A DNA stretch of 63,245 bases, counting the filler, from Perkinsus chesapeaki ATCC PRA-425 (Eukaryota; Protista; Perkinsozoa): the NCBI GenBank assembly GCA_013115145.1. It is 5 parts of 5 records of this genome, joined end to end, with 100 filler letters (N's around TTAATTAATTAA, not from the genome) between each part and the next. Parts side by side here need not be neighbours in the genome. Positions count along the whole stretch, not along the records: positions 18,991 to 46,627 come from JAAPAO010000488.1; 4 more parts are not named here. One strand, written 5' to 3'. Both the position numbers and the translations under genes were made by a program. Shown piece by piece: positions 24,482-35,527 of the stretch. Every line of letters begins with the position of its first letter. Within the stretch, counting starts at the first letter, position 1. The notes below the pieces were generated by a model. It worked only from the letters and a program-made list of their open reading frames with translations, did no database searches and was not told the DNA's origin.

Positions 24482-25105
24482 ATGTCCCGCAGCCGCAGTT
24501 CTTCTCGCAGTCCCTCCGAGCGTCCGAGTGAGAAGAAATCTTCCGAGTGCGATAAAGATACTTCTGAGAGGCGCGCAAGATCCCCCAGTGATCCTCGTGA
24601 GAAGAGACGTCGCGAGGAGCAGAAGGACTTGGTGGCGTGCGTTGCGCATGCGGTAGAAAAAACGAATCTTTTGAAACTGGAAGATTTCACTGAGGACCGT
24701 CTGACGATGAGGAATCTCGAGAACAGTTATATGCGGTATGGAGGAAGCTTCGTGGTCGAGCTTATCGAGGAGGTTTTGCATTCGGTGGGGTTTGATGTCA
24801 GAGATCGGAGGGACATTCACGTGCCACATAAATTTGCTGGGATAAGGGTCAATAGGATTATGCGTTATATGGAGGAGGAGAGGCGTCGAGCGGGGGCGCC
24901 GAGGAAGGTTTCGGTGACGAAACTGATGGAAAAATTGGATATTGAAGATGACAAGATCGAAGAGAAATTAAGATCTCTGACGCAGAGGCAACTGCGAAAG
25001 ATTTCGGAGGGGCTTGGGGAAGGCTCGGATGGCAGAGAGCGGTTGCTGGAAAGGATTGAGGGTAGGCGACCGAGGAGAAGATCGAGAAGTCGATCTCGCA
25101 GTTAG
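24482..25105 (+). CDS. Arg/Ser-rich protein, paralogue 1 (two helical domains, second one reduced)
   Basis: 207-aa intronless ORF with RS termini and a core LEDFTEDRLTMRNLENSYMRYGGSFV...DIHVPHKFAGIRVNRI shared with its neighbours. Confidence 0.8.
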   Translation: MSRSRSSSRSPSERPSEKKSSECDKDTSERRARSPSDPREKRRREEQKDLVACVAHAVEKTNLLKLEDFTEDRLTMRNLENSYMRYGGSFVVELIEEVLHSVGFDVRDRRDIHVPHKFAGIRVNRIMRYMEEERRRAGAPRKVSVTKLMEKLDIEDDKIEEKLRSLTQRQLRKISEGLGEGSDGRERLLERIEGRRPRRRSRSRSRS

Positions 25106-25348
25106 ATATGTAATAGTTTTAATATTGACAGATTTGTTGGGTTGCCTGGGATGGATGCCACGGTGCGTTCTCTGCTGGCGGGAGTGGAGCGGTCGAGGTG
25201 GTTTGATAATATAAATTATTGGTTGTTATTAGCACTCAGTACGATAGGGGACTTGCATTTACGGTAGTATTTTTTATTAGCTTGTCGGAATGGAAGTATC
25301 TATTTTCGCATGAAAAGCACGCTTCAACCTCCTCAGTTTTTCCCCGGC

Positions 25349-26002
25349 ATGTCCAACCGTTCCCGATCATCTAGCCATCGTAGCCGCTCTTCAGCAAGCA
25401 GTCGAAGGAGCAGCGATCGAAATCGATCACCCGGGCGCGCGCGATCTTCATATGAGAATGTGAAGGGGGTTATTGAACGGGGACTCGATCGGTCTAGAAT
25501 TACACTTTACGTAGAGGATTTTACAGATGATAAGGATCTGGTTGATGACCTGGTTCGGTGCTATCGAATGCGGGGAGGCAAGTTTGTGGGGGAGATAATC
25601 GATCGCGCGATCGATTCGATTTCAAGGGATTTTAGGAGTCGGAAGGAAGTGGGTCATCCGGAGAGATTGGTTGCGGCGCGCGTAAAAAGGTCTATGAGGC
25701 AGAGGGACGAGAATTTTTCACTGAGAGAACGGCGGAGGGAACCGTCTCGATCGAGATCTCTGTCGGGGGTTCGACCGGGAAGAAAGGTTGATGTTGAGGA
25801 GTTTGCGAGGAAATATGGTATTGATTACGAATGTGAGGCGAGGCTGAAACGACTAAGTCAGGATCAATTGCAGAGAGTTTGCGGAGGAGATCTGGTGGTC
25901 CATAGAGATTGTAGAAATGTGAGCAGTTTAATAATGGCAAGAATAAGGGATGAGATGAGAGGGTTGTTGAGGGAAAGGAGGAGAAGTAGGTCTAGAAGTT
26001 GA
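25349..26002 (+). CDS. Arg/Ser-rich protein, paralogue 2
   Basis: ORF 25310-26002; likely start MSNRSRS at 25349 after a pyrimidine-AG site. Shares the core domain and C-terminal KYGIDYECEARLKRLSQDQL...DCRNVSSLIMARIR. Confidence 0.8.
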   Translation: MSNRSRSSSHRSRSSASSRRSSDRNRSPGRARSSYENVKGVIERGLDRSRITLYVEDFTDDKDLVDDLVRCYRMRGGKFVGEIIDRAIDSISRDFRSRKEVGHPERLVAARVKRSMRQRDENFSLRERRREPSRSRSLSGVRPGRKVDVEEFARKYGIDYECEARLKRLSQDQLQRVCGGDLVVHRDCRNVSSLIMARIRDEMRGLLRERRRSRSRS

Positions 26003-26400
26003 GCTAGTTTGTATCTTGCATGGTTCGAGCTCGGATATGGGAGTTTATTTTGTTGATAGAATAGGATTTGATATTTCTCATACAATTGGAGTGCTTGAGT
26101 TTTGGGGGCATCTAAGGTTGATCCTGGTTAGATACAATATGAGTCAAATTTCGTACTCGTCATTCCTAGACACTACTCATCAAACTAGGGGTATCTTAGG
26201 TTGATGCTGGCGTGATACGGAGTAGGTTGGTTATTACTCGCCATAAATAATAAGTATTCAGCTAAATTTTACATATTCACCCTCTGGTTATTTTCCCATC
26301 AGCATTCTTCTTTCAGCGAAGGTATCTTAGGTTGATGCTGGTTAGATACTAAATAGGTTGATTTTCCTGCTCTCTCAGCATACCCAGTCATCTCCTTATA

Positions 26401-27432
26401 ATGGCTCGCAGCCCCAGCAACAGCAGCCGTTCCTCCTCCAGGAGTGATTCGAGATCTCCACCAAACAGAGAGGGAAGATCCGAAAAGAGGGGAAGATCTG
26501 ACTCGAGAATCTCACGCTCGAGGTCCGCGGAAAAAGATAGAAGTCGATCCAGACGAGAAGAGCGTTCTGCGTCATCCAGAAGAAAATCGATCAGTCGATC
26601 GATTTCGCAGAATAGGGAAGTATCCAAGTCCCGTGAGGAGAAGCCTCGTTCAAGATCGGCTTCAAGCAGTGACGTCAGTGATGTGGACAGGACCAAACCT
26701 CGCCTCAGAAGGGACCGTGCGGATAGTCGAGGGGACAAGATAATCGAGGAAGCGGTGGATGGTGCGGTTAAGAAGCAGAGGATCGTCGAACCCGAGGACT
26801 TCCTGGATGACTCCCTTACGATGAGATTGCTTTATTCGGTGCTCGAAAGATCAGGGAGAGAGTTTGTGGAGGATGTGCTCTACGAAACGGTTCATTCGAT
26901 CAACCAAGATGTTAAATCTCGCAGGGATATCAGGATTCCACAAAAATACGTCGGCATTCGAGTTAAGAGGATTGTGCAGAGGAAGGAGGACGATATGGCG
27001 TTCAGAAGGAGATTTGCGGCGCGCGAGAATCGCCGAAGGAGGGAAAGATCGTATTCCAGATCGTCGTCCAGATCGAGAAGCAGAAGTCGCCATCACAGAA
27101 TTTCAGTCTCGGATATGTGCGATAAGTACAGTCTTGATGCCGAGTGTGAAGATCGCCTGAGAGAGCTAACCCAAGAGCAGCTTGCCCGCGTGTTCGGACC
27201 AGACCTGCTCATCAGAGCTGATTGCAGGAATCCAAGCTCGATTGTCATGAGTCGTATTCGTGACGCGGTCCGTGGACGCTGGAGAAGAATGTCGCCGAGG
27301 AGATACAACAACCGCAGGAGGAGTTACAGTCGCGATCGCTGGAGTCCAAGTTCGAGCCGCTCTTCGAGATCTTATAGCAGATCTCCAAGGAGAGATTCGA
27401 GATCTCGCAGCAGAAGTGATAGTAGAGATTGA
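26401..27432 (+). CDS. Arg/Ser-rich protein, paralogue 3
   Basis: 343-aa intronless ORF with long RS tracts, EDFLDDSLTMRLLYSV...DIRIPQKYVGIRVKRI and KYSLDAECEDRLRELTQEQL...DCRNPSSIVMSRIR. Confidence 0.85.
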   Translation: MARSPSNSSRSSSRSDSRSPPNREGRSEKRGRSDSRISRSRSAEKDRSRSRREERSASSRRKSISRSISQNREVSKSREEKPRSRSASSSDVSDVDRTKPRLRRDRADSRGDKIIEEAVDGAVKKQRIVEPEDFLDDSLTMRLLYSVLERSGREFVEDVLYETVHSINQDVKSRRDIRIPQKYVGIRVKRIVQRKEDDMAFRRRFAARENRRRRERSYSRSSSRSRSRSRHHRISVSDMCDKYSLDAECEDRLRELTQEQLARVFGPDLLIRADCRNPSSIVMSRIRDAVRGRWRRMSPRRYNNRRRSYSRDRWSPSSSRSSRSYSRSPRRDSRSRSRSDSRD

Positions 27433-28002
27433 GTTGGTTGGATTGAGCAGTAGAAGTAAAATCTTTTCGGGTTTTTTAGAGTTGAGTTCTAAGCAGTTGA
27501 GACTGGCAGATCATTTCCGGTCTTTTCAGCGAAGCCAATAGTATAACGAAGGCCTCTAGGGCCGCAGAAGTGCGTTATCGAAGGACGCATTTCAGGAGAC
27601 GCTGACCCCGAAATGCACTTCGACCCTGAATTTCGGGGATAAATAGGTGTTCCTAATGCGGAGGAGATTGAATGGGAATGTGTTAGGTGAAGTATATTCG
27701 TGAACTAACAGTAAAGATCAGATGCATTCCTCCTGTCTAGCCTAACATTATCTAATATCATTCTATCATTGCGTGGAGTTCATCATTGCGTGGAGTTCAT
27801 CATCTCTTCCCGAGGCATGGTTTTTCGCGACCAATAGTTAGTCGTGAAACGGCTGATCGATTTAGTGTGATGTTCCTCTTGCAGTAGTCATGCCTGGAAC
27901 ATCTGCGTACTAACGCACAAAGTTGAGGGAGGAATTGAAAACAATAGAGCCAGTAATTTATAATGACACGGTTTCCCCAGCAGTTCCTGTTGGTATGGTC
28001 TA

Positions 28003-28471
28003 ATGAGTAGCTCACTACTGCGACATGAACTAGAGGAATCTTTCGAATGCCCAATCACTCAGGAAGTTATGATAGATCCGGTTACCTTGGTAGAGACTGG
28101 ATTCACATACGAACGTGCTGCTCTCAAAGCCGCGTTGAAGAAGTGATATATATGGGAAAGGATGTTATTGCCCTGAGGAATGCATTTGAGGTTTTCGTCT
28201 GGTCCAGGACCAATATTGCATTATATCGCATCCGCGTTAGGACATTGTGGTCGTAGAAAACTCTCTCGTGACGATTAACGGAAATGTCAGTTCAACCAGG
28301 CCAAACTCCAGCGGCGGGGTACTTGGAATTGTCGTACACAACTTCTGTCTCCTTCTTACTTTTAGGCGGCCAAGGATTGACCCTCTGACCAACGCTCCTC
28401 TGAAGAGCCAAAAGATCGTCCCAAATCGTGCGCTCAAATACGCTATCGAAGTATTTAATAATGCAACGTAA
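28003..28471 (+). CDS. Small U-box protein; simplest model exons 28003-28142 and 28366-28471 (81 aa)
   Basis: FECPITQEVMIDPVTLVETGFTYERAAL spliced in phase to KRPRIDPLTNAPLKSQKIVPNRALKYAI forms a complete U-box. Confidence 0.8.
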
Positions 28472-28610
28472 GATATACACGATGCGAATGCAATTGATCC
28501 CTTACCGAAAGGGTGCGAAGGAAATTTCGGAGAATTTCTGTGGATTTTTTTTATTTTCACAAGTTTTCTGAAAAAAATCCCCCCTTTCAAACCAGGGCAC
28601 ATTCATCCTG

Positions 28611-29030
28611 ATGGTTCACCTAAGGCAGACAAAAGATGTATATTCGATCAGGCAGCCATTGCCGTCCGTTTCGACCTGCCTGATTTGCCGGGCACCGATT
28701 GATTCTCAAACGCTCGAGGAGAGTGGCATATGCCAGCCCTGCCAAGATTCGATTTTAGAAAACGATCCTGAATTTTGCGAGAGTTCCGAAGATAGCTGTA
28801 AGTGTTTCATATGTTGCACACCTACACATGAGAGCGACTTCTGTCCCGCCTGCGAGAAAGTCGTCCTAGAAGTTGCCAATGAGTCCGAAATGGCTCCTGA
28901 TTTGGGCGACAACGAGATGAACGATAATACTCTTACCAAGCGATTTGAAACTCCCGTGAGTTTGTGCCGGTCTATGGAAAGGACTGAAACTCCCAGTACG
29001 GCCGCAGCGTGGAGTGAGCGTCTTCGGTGA
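28611..29030 (+). CDS. Cys-rich protein with double zinc-ribbon-like CxxC pairs
   Basis: CLIC...CQPC and CFIC...CPAC in a 139-aa ORF. Confidence 0.5.
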   Translation: MVHLRQTKDVYSIRQPLPSVSTCLICRAPIDSQTLEESGICQPCQDSILENDPEFCESSEDSCKCFICCTPTHESDFCPACEKVVLEVANESEMAPDLGDNEMNDNTLTKRFETPVSLCRSMERTETPSTAAAWSERLR

Positions 29031-31349
29031 TGATTAGAGAGTAGAAGTTGTGTTTATAGTGAATTAAGGCGGGGCGAGAAGTTTTCTAGCATACCACTTT
29101 CTGAACGAATCTGCTTATCGTTGTTGCTGATTGGCATCACGCATGCGGCTTGATGCTATGACTATCAGCACCCATACCAACGAGGATCTCTAGTTCAAAG
29201 TAACTTGCGGACCGACGAACCGTCGGCGATGATTATTGTGGCCGAGGCCATGATCCTCCAACGCATATTCCCTCCCACTACGAGGCTCGTACGCTCGCGA
29301 TGGTTATAAGCAAGTTATGATAACTTCCAGCTTCGAGGGACCGTTAAAATTTCTCTCGAGGAATTTTGATAGAGTCGAGTCGACGGTACTACCCGCAAGT
29401 GCATAGGCAGGATTTGTGTTAGAATGAGTGTGGAGCTCAATTGGTACCGAGATAGTGACTGCCTTAATAGCTTTAGCTATTACTATTAGGTATTATGACA
29501 TACTCAGTATGTCGCTACCGCTACAAGAGGCTACCACGCGGATTGTTAGCCTGGTCTGCCGGAACTCGAGTAACTGTTGTGAAGTGATCCGATATCGTTT
29601 AACTTCGTGAGAGCGACAACAATGATGAATAGAAGTGGAAAATGACAAAGAAGAACAGACAACTAGATTCCGTACTTGCGATACAGGTCTGGCTTTATGC
29701 AATTTGTTTCCTTCTTGACCTTCAAACAGGACGAGAAAATACGAATTGACGTGAACTACGCCACTGCCTGTACAACTTTGAATATAGACAATAGTCACAC
29801 GCAAAGCTCGCGGAGTGCACGCAGATTGGATCATAAGATTTCAGTATAGCCGGCTTGCCAAGACGGATCATCCGACCTAGTGGAGGTGATTGTGGAACCC
29901 TTACGCTGGAAGTGAGCTTCGTAATATCTTTCACTATGGGAACACAACAAACTTAAGCTCCGTTATAGCCTAGCGTAAACAAGCGTTATTATACTATTAT
30001 TATGATAAATAATTAGCGCATGCTCGTTAACAGATGGCAAAGCACAAAACAGTGCCGAAAACGGGTCGGCACACATGAGTTGTGTAACTTTTTTCCAGAC
30101 TTTCTAAGCCAGAGATGTCCGAGAATCGTACTTTTAGATAAAGTGTAAGCAGTGGTTAGTAAGTTAATAATGCTAACTACCACCGTTGAGCTACGTCCAA
30201 TGCCTCAACCCAGACCACCGCCTATTGATGTGTACATTTCCTCTCTGCACGCCAAGCTTATATCTCACTTGAGTTTTTCAGAGCAACAATTTGAGTGTTC
30301 CCGGATTTCGGTTCTCATGTTTGCTTCGACACTTCAATCTTGATATTACCAAGGGGCAGTACAACGTAAGCTCTGCAATCGAAGATATCACAACACTTGG
30401 GCCTAGTCTGTTTGATTATCCGCTGACTTCAAGCTGTGAAGATGATATATCACAGATGAAGATATAGTGGTGCTTTGTTGTTGAGATACCTTGGCTTTCA
30501 AGGCTGCCGGGTACAGCTCTTGGGGAACTGACTTGATGTTCGCTCGAGGCTTAACCCTTAAGCTATGCGTTGGTCCATTGCCAATGAAGCATACGTTGTA
30601 CTCCCTCTCATATCTCCTTGTTGTGTTACATTGTGTGTATAAAGGTTGTCATTTTACGCGATGATCGAGAGAATGCAGAAGCCTCTGTAATTCTCCGGTT
30701 CATGTAAATAACGCACGAAGATATGTACCACTATGAAGCACCTGGTAACTTACCTCCGATGATAGCCGAATCACAAAGGTCTATATGGAAACAAAAGGAG
30801 CCTATACCGGCAAGGTGTAGAAATTCTCCTATTCACTAGCTCCATGGAAAGCATTCACGACAGTGGCAGGCACAACCCCACTTTGAAAGAAAGGTGTCGC
30901 TGCTATTGTAGTAGCACCACTGAGGCATTCATGTGCTCGTTCACTAGCATATGGCAGAGTGAATGCAGTTATATATTTACTTCAACACAAATCCGAAGCG
31001 GCAATGTGGTATAGAATGATGAACTCGATACGTACTATAGCGGGCCGCAACTAGCGGCTGCGTAGAGAACTGTCAAACGAGAATCCATACCTCCAACTGT
31101 ACTAGTTGACATCGCGAAATAAAAATTCATAGCGTGCGGAGGCGAGTCGGCAGGATCCTCCTGATCGAGGTTGGAGAAGATCTAGTAGGTAACCTATATG
31201 TGGATCTACACGCCCAATAAAAACTGTAGAGATCACCAAGTGTCTCTAGTAACTGCAACATCGGTAGACGTTATAAGGATTGTAAGATAACAATAATTCC
31301 GAGATACAACGGGATGATGCAGATGTGGTGCCATAGAACTGCTACTCGC

Positions 31350-32111
31350 CTAGTGGCAGTTCGAGGGAGCGAACACCGTGTGGGATTCATCTTCACCTAC
31401 CATTATCGCTGCCTCATCATCAATATCATACAGTAGTCTGAAGTTGAAATCGACATAGGGGTACTCCAGAAGGCTTGGCCAATCAGGTATGATATCCTGA
31501 GTTCTATTGATAGACGCCTCACTTCTGATATACTTCATCCTTTCGAAGCGTATGTGAACATGACGATTGGTTCTAAATTCGCCATTGAGCGTGTCGTCGA
31601 AGAAATAGATGGCAGAGCTAGTTCCATTTGTGAGCTTATCATGTTTCGGAGAAGTACAGGTTCTGTGAGGAGTTGGGTATGTTGGATGCGGCGTAGTGGT
31701 GGTTGTAGTGGTGGTGGTGGTTTCGTGATGAGAAGGATTTCGGAGGCGTCTGGTCTTCTTTACGAAGGACACTTCACCCTCCGGCGCGTAAAGCCGGATC
31801 TCCTTCGTTGTCTTATCATACTTCAACCTCCAACGGTAGAGGACATATGGGAAGCTCTTGTCATCATTCGGGAAGGTGGAGGAAGCCAAGTTGATTAAGC
31901 CCGTTGCCTCATCATAGGTAAACTTCACTACATTGAAAACAATTCTGACCCACTGGACTTCTAGTTGACCACTGAGTTCATCTGGAGTTTGGATAAATAT
32001 GTAGTTGAAGTAATTACCAATTTTGTGGCTGTAATATCCCAACGGGACAGCCCCCTGCCCACATACAAGATCACAAGTACCACCGATGAGGATGAGGAGT
32101 CGAAGCATCAT
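31350..32111 (-). CDS. Putative secreted two-domain protein with Thr-rich linker
   Basis: Signal-like MMLRLLILIGGTCDLVCG, two beta-rich aromatic segments separated by HHET10PHPTYP; intronless. Confidence 0.65.
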   Translation of the reverse strand: MMLRLLILIGGTCDLVCGQGAVPLGYYSHKIGNYFNYIFIQTPDELSGQLEVQWVRIVFNVVKFTYDEATGLINLASSTFPNDDKSFPYVLYRWRLKYDKTTKEIRLYAPEGEVSFVKKTRRLRNPSHHETTTTTTTTTTPHPTYPTPHRTCTSPKHDKLTNGTSSAIYFFDDTLNGEFRTNRHVHIRFERMKYIRSEASINRTQDIIPDWPSLLEYPYVDFNFRLLYDIDDEAAIMVGEDESHTVFAPSNCH

Positions 32112-32820
32112 TGTTGACAGCGACTGACAGCAACAGTTGTTTATCAAAGTGTTACTGTGACAGTACCGTGAACGGTTCCTATCAGGGTTGCACATGCGTG
32201 CAGTCAGGGGCGGAGAGAGTAGGGTCGAGCAGAGCCGTCTGAGGCATGACCGCCTTTTAGCTGCGTCCACTGTATCAACTGCTAGTGATGAGTGTCTCAT
32301 TGTTGAGCCTAGCATCACATTAAAAGCTCCATCGAAAGCTGTTGGAGCATTCCTGCGTTATACCCCGTTCGGTGAATGCGACAGCAGGTAGACGGTCACG
32401 GGCTGCTCCCGTCATGAGCTTGCTATTCGGTCTCCAACACCGCAGGAGATTAAGAATGTTGCTCATTGATACACCACGTTTTATGAAGTCTTCATCATGG
32501 AGAGCCTCGTTTTATGCAACCTTGATAATATGACGAGTTGGACACTTGGCACAGCAACATAGCCAACTTGGCAATAAATCATGGCGTGGACTGGGGAGTC
32601 CCCAGTCACTGTCCCCAGTGAGGACAGTGGCAGGCGGCGGACCGTGTTATCTAGATCTCGTGAGTAATCCTAGCGTTGATAATTATAATTTGGATAATAT
32701 AAGTGTGATAGAAGTCGCTTGTTACTGCAAAGATTGATAAACGCGACGCTGCGGAGGCTTGAATGCTCGCAAAAAGTATAGGAAATATTATGCGAAAAAC
32801 GATGTTAAAGAAAAAACGAT

Positions 32821-34992
32821 TTACTTTAACCAGAAAGGGCCGCCGTTCTCGTTGGAAGTCTTAGCGATAACGCTACCAAAGACGAGAGACATGATGGCGG
32901 ATAGCTTAATAACGATGTTAATGGCGGGACCAGAGGTATCCTTCAGTGGGTTACCGATAGTATCACCAGTGACAGCGTTCTTGTGAGCTTGAGAGCCCTT
33001 GCCGTTCTCGGGGCCGAGACCACCGGCTTCGATGAACTTCTTGGAGTTATCCCAAGAACCACCAGTGTTAGACATAGATATGGCTAACTGGACACCGGAG
33101 ACGAGAGCACCGCACAAGAGACCGGCAGTGCAGTTCTTACCGAAGAGGAGACCAGCGACGAGAGGAGCCAAGATAACCAAGCAGCCGGGGGTAATCATCT
33201 CCTTGAGGGACGCGTGAGTGGCAATCTTGACGCATTTGGTGTAGTTGGGCTTCATCTCACCAGAGATAATCTTGGGGAACTGGGACATGCACTCCTCAAC
33301 CATCTCGTTAGCTGCCTTACCCACGGACTTCATGGTCATAGCGGAGAAGGCATAAGGCATCATAGCACCGAAGAGAAGACCGGTGAAAGTCCAGGGGTCG
33401 AGCAATGTAACAAATCTAATGTGAGCTCGGACAGTGTAAGCGCCGAACAAGGCGAGGGACACAAGGGCGGCAGATCCGATGGCAAAGCCCTTGCCGATAG
33501 CCGCAGTAGTGTTACCGGCGGAATCGAGAGCATCCGTGCGCTCTCTGACCTCAGGGCCCATGCCGGACATCTCAGCAATACCACCAGCGTTATCGGAAAT
33601 AGGACCATAAGCATCGATAGACAAGGACATAGTGAGAGTACCAAGCATACCAAGAGCACCGAGGGCAACACCGAACATACCGGCAAGAGAGAACGCCACG
33701 CAGATGGTAATGCACAAGCAAACAATAGGGATGACAGTAGAAGCATATCCACTGGCGAGACCAAGGATGATTCCAGTAGCAGCGGAGATCCTTTCGGCAT
33801 CGGCGATGCTACGAACAGGCTTATAGGAATCAGAAGTGAAGTACTCGGTTACGTAGCCAATACAGAGGCCAGACCAAAGACCGAGGAGAACACAGACAGC
33901 ACACTTCCACCAAGTGCAGTGCAGGCGGGAGGCATCAATGGCGAAGAGACCACTGGGAAGAGCCCACCAAGCTAGGAGAATTGCTACTGGTGTCTGGATG
34001 GAAGTAGATATAACGAGAATGCCCTTAAGAGCCTTCTCGACGTCCTTTATCTCGCGAACCTTGTAGAAGACGTCGACGCACATCATGGTGACTATACCAA
34101 CAACGATGCCAACGGAGGACAACATAAGGGGGAACATCATCGCGGACCAACTGCCATAGACGGAAACCTCGGGAGAAGCGGAGCAGATGACCATGGCGGC
34201 ACAAGTGGATTCGGCGAAAGAACCGAACAAATCAGCACCCATACCAGCGATATCACCAACATTATCTCCAACATTATCGGCAATGCAGCCGGGGTTCCTC
34301 GGATCGTCCTCATCGAGACCGTACTCGTTCTTACCGGAGAGATCGGCACCGACATCAGCGGCCTTGGTGTAGATACCACCACCGACACGACCGAATAGGG
34401 CAATAGAGGAACCACCCAAACCGTAACCGGTGAGAGCCTCATAAAGGCCAATGACATCATTGCCGTACCACTTTGAGTAGATCAATGCAAGAATGAAGAG
34501 GTTAAACACTCCCAAAGAGACAAGGGCGAAACCCATTACAGAGCCACCGCGAATTGCAACATCGTAGCCAGCGGAAATATTCTTCCATGACTCGTGAGTT
34601 GTACGAACGTTGCAGTAGACGGCAGTTCTCATACCAATATAACCACAAGCGATCGAAGTGAGAGAACCGACAATGAAGGCGATCATGGTACCGAGACCGA
34701 TGCAAGGCCAGATGATAACAGAGAAAATAACAACGTATACGAGCATGTACTTATACTCGGCAACAAGGAACGCATTGGCACCCTCCGCAATATGCGACGA
34801 GATGTCTCGCATGCGCTCTAGAATCTTCTGAACATCGACTTGCTTGCCATCTGACATCAAGGAGGCTTGCATGCCCGATGGAGGGCCTGTAAGCTTGATA
34901 CGGCTCACGTAGGTCACCTCTTTAAGGGCCCAGAGCACTCCCAAAATTGGTGGGATAAAGGCGAGTAAGTTAGTCGCAAGAACGCTTGCCAT
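32821..34992 (-). CDS. VP1: Membrane H+-translocating pyrophosphatase, K+-dependent type, copy 1 (723 aa from MASVL)
   Basis: DVGADLSGKNE, DDPRNP, IADNVGDNVGD, GNTTAA (Ala indicates K+ dependence); the C-terminal motif reads GDTIGNPLKDTSGP. Confidence 0.95.
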   Translation of the reverse strand: MASVLATNLLAFIPPILGVLWALKEVTYVSRIKLTGPPSGMQASLMSDGKQVDVQKILERMRDISSHIAEGANAFLVAEYKYMLVYVVIFSVIIWPCIGLGTMIAFIVGSLTSIACGYIGMRTAVYCNVRTTHESWKNISAGYDVAIRGGSVMGFALVSLGVFNLFILALIYSKWYGNDVIGLYEALTGYGLGGSSIALFGRVGGGIYTKAADVGADLSGKNEYGLDEDDPRNPGCIADNVGDNVGDIAGMGADLFGSFAESTCAAMVICSASPEVSVYGSWSAMMFPLMLSSVGIVVGIVTMMCVDVFYKVREIKDVEKALKGILVISTSIQTPVAILLAWWALPSGLFAIDASRLHCTWWKCAVCVLLGLWSGLCIGYVTEYFTSDSYKPVRSIADAERISAATGIILGLASGYASTVIPIVCLCITICVAFSLAGMFGVALGALGMLGTLTMSLSIDAYGPISDNAGGIAEMSGMGPEVRERTDALDSAGNTTAAIGKGFAIGSAALVSLALFGAYTVRAHIRFVTLLDPWTFTGLLFGAMMPYAFSAMTMKSVGKAANEMVEECMSQFPKIISGEMKPNYTKCVKIATHASLKEMITPGCLVILAPLVAGLLFGKNCTAGLLCGALVSGVQLAISMSNTGGSWDNSKKFIEAGGLGPENGKGSQAHKNAVTGDTIGNPLKDTSGPAINIVIKLSAIMSLVFGSVIAKTSNENGGPFWLK

Positions 34993-35527
34993 TAAAACAA
35001 AGGTCACGTCGACACAATAGTTAGTGAGTGTCCGAACTTCGAGCAGATCTTGAGCTGCGCAGCGATGCACAATAACAGCTTTAGCGACGATTTGTACAAG
35101 CGACGTCGGCACTGTTGGATACAAGATACTTGTTGATGGGTTCTTGTTAATGGGTTCGTTAATTGAGGGCCTTAATCGTCACGGGAAAGAGTACTCTACT
35201 GCGGTTAGCATCACAACGCGTGCGAATTCTACCGCGTTCCCGAGAGCTTAGAATCAGGTTTGATATCGTGACCAGAGAGAATTAAGATCCTTGGTGTTAG
35301 GGGCTTGATAAAGGCGGGAAAGGCAATACTTACCTCGCTTGCGTTTTCATGTCAGTATGCAAAGCAAACTTGATTTGAATTAACGACTGCAAAAACTCGA
35401 TTCCCAGCATATCACGATGAAACGTGTACGGTTGCCTACCCGGACACACACCGTAAAGAGGAACTACACAGGAACAACGGTTAGGTAATTATACTATAGC
35501 ATTACTATATATCTAAAGGAATAGCGC

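Noticed and set aside
26388-27311. Several overlapping ORFs on both strands in the RS-rich genes
   Set aside because: Low-complexity AGA/TCG/CGA codons keep alternative frames open.
34993-35124. 44-aa N-terminal extension of H+-PPase copy 1
   Set aside because: It begins at a non-ATG codon; alignment with copy 2 supports Met at 34992.
35326-35480. Possible U1 snRNA gene (starts ATACTTACCT)
   Set aside because: No stem I, loop II or Sm site follows; better explained as a minus-strand splice donor.
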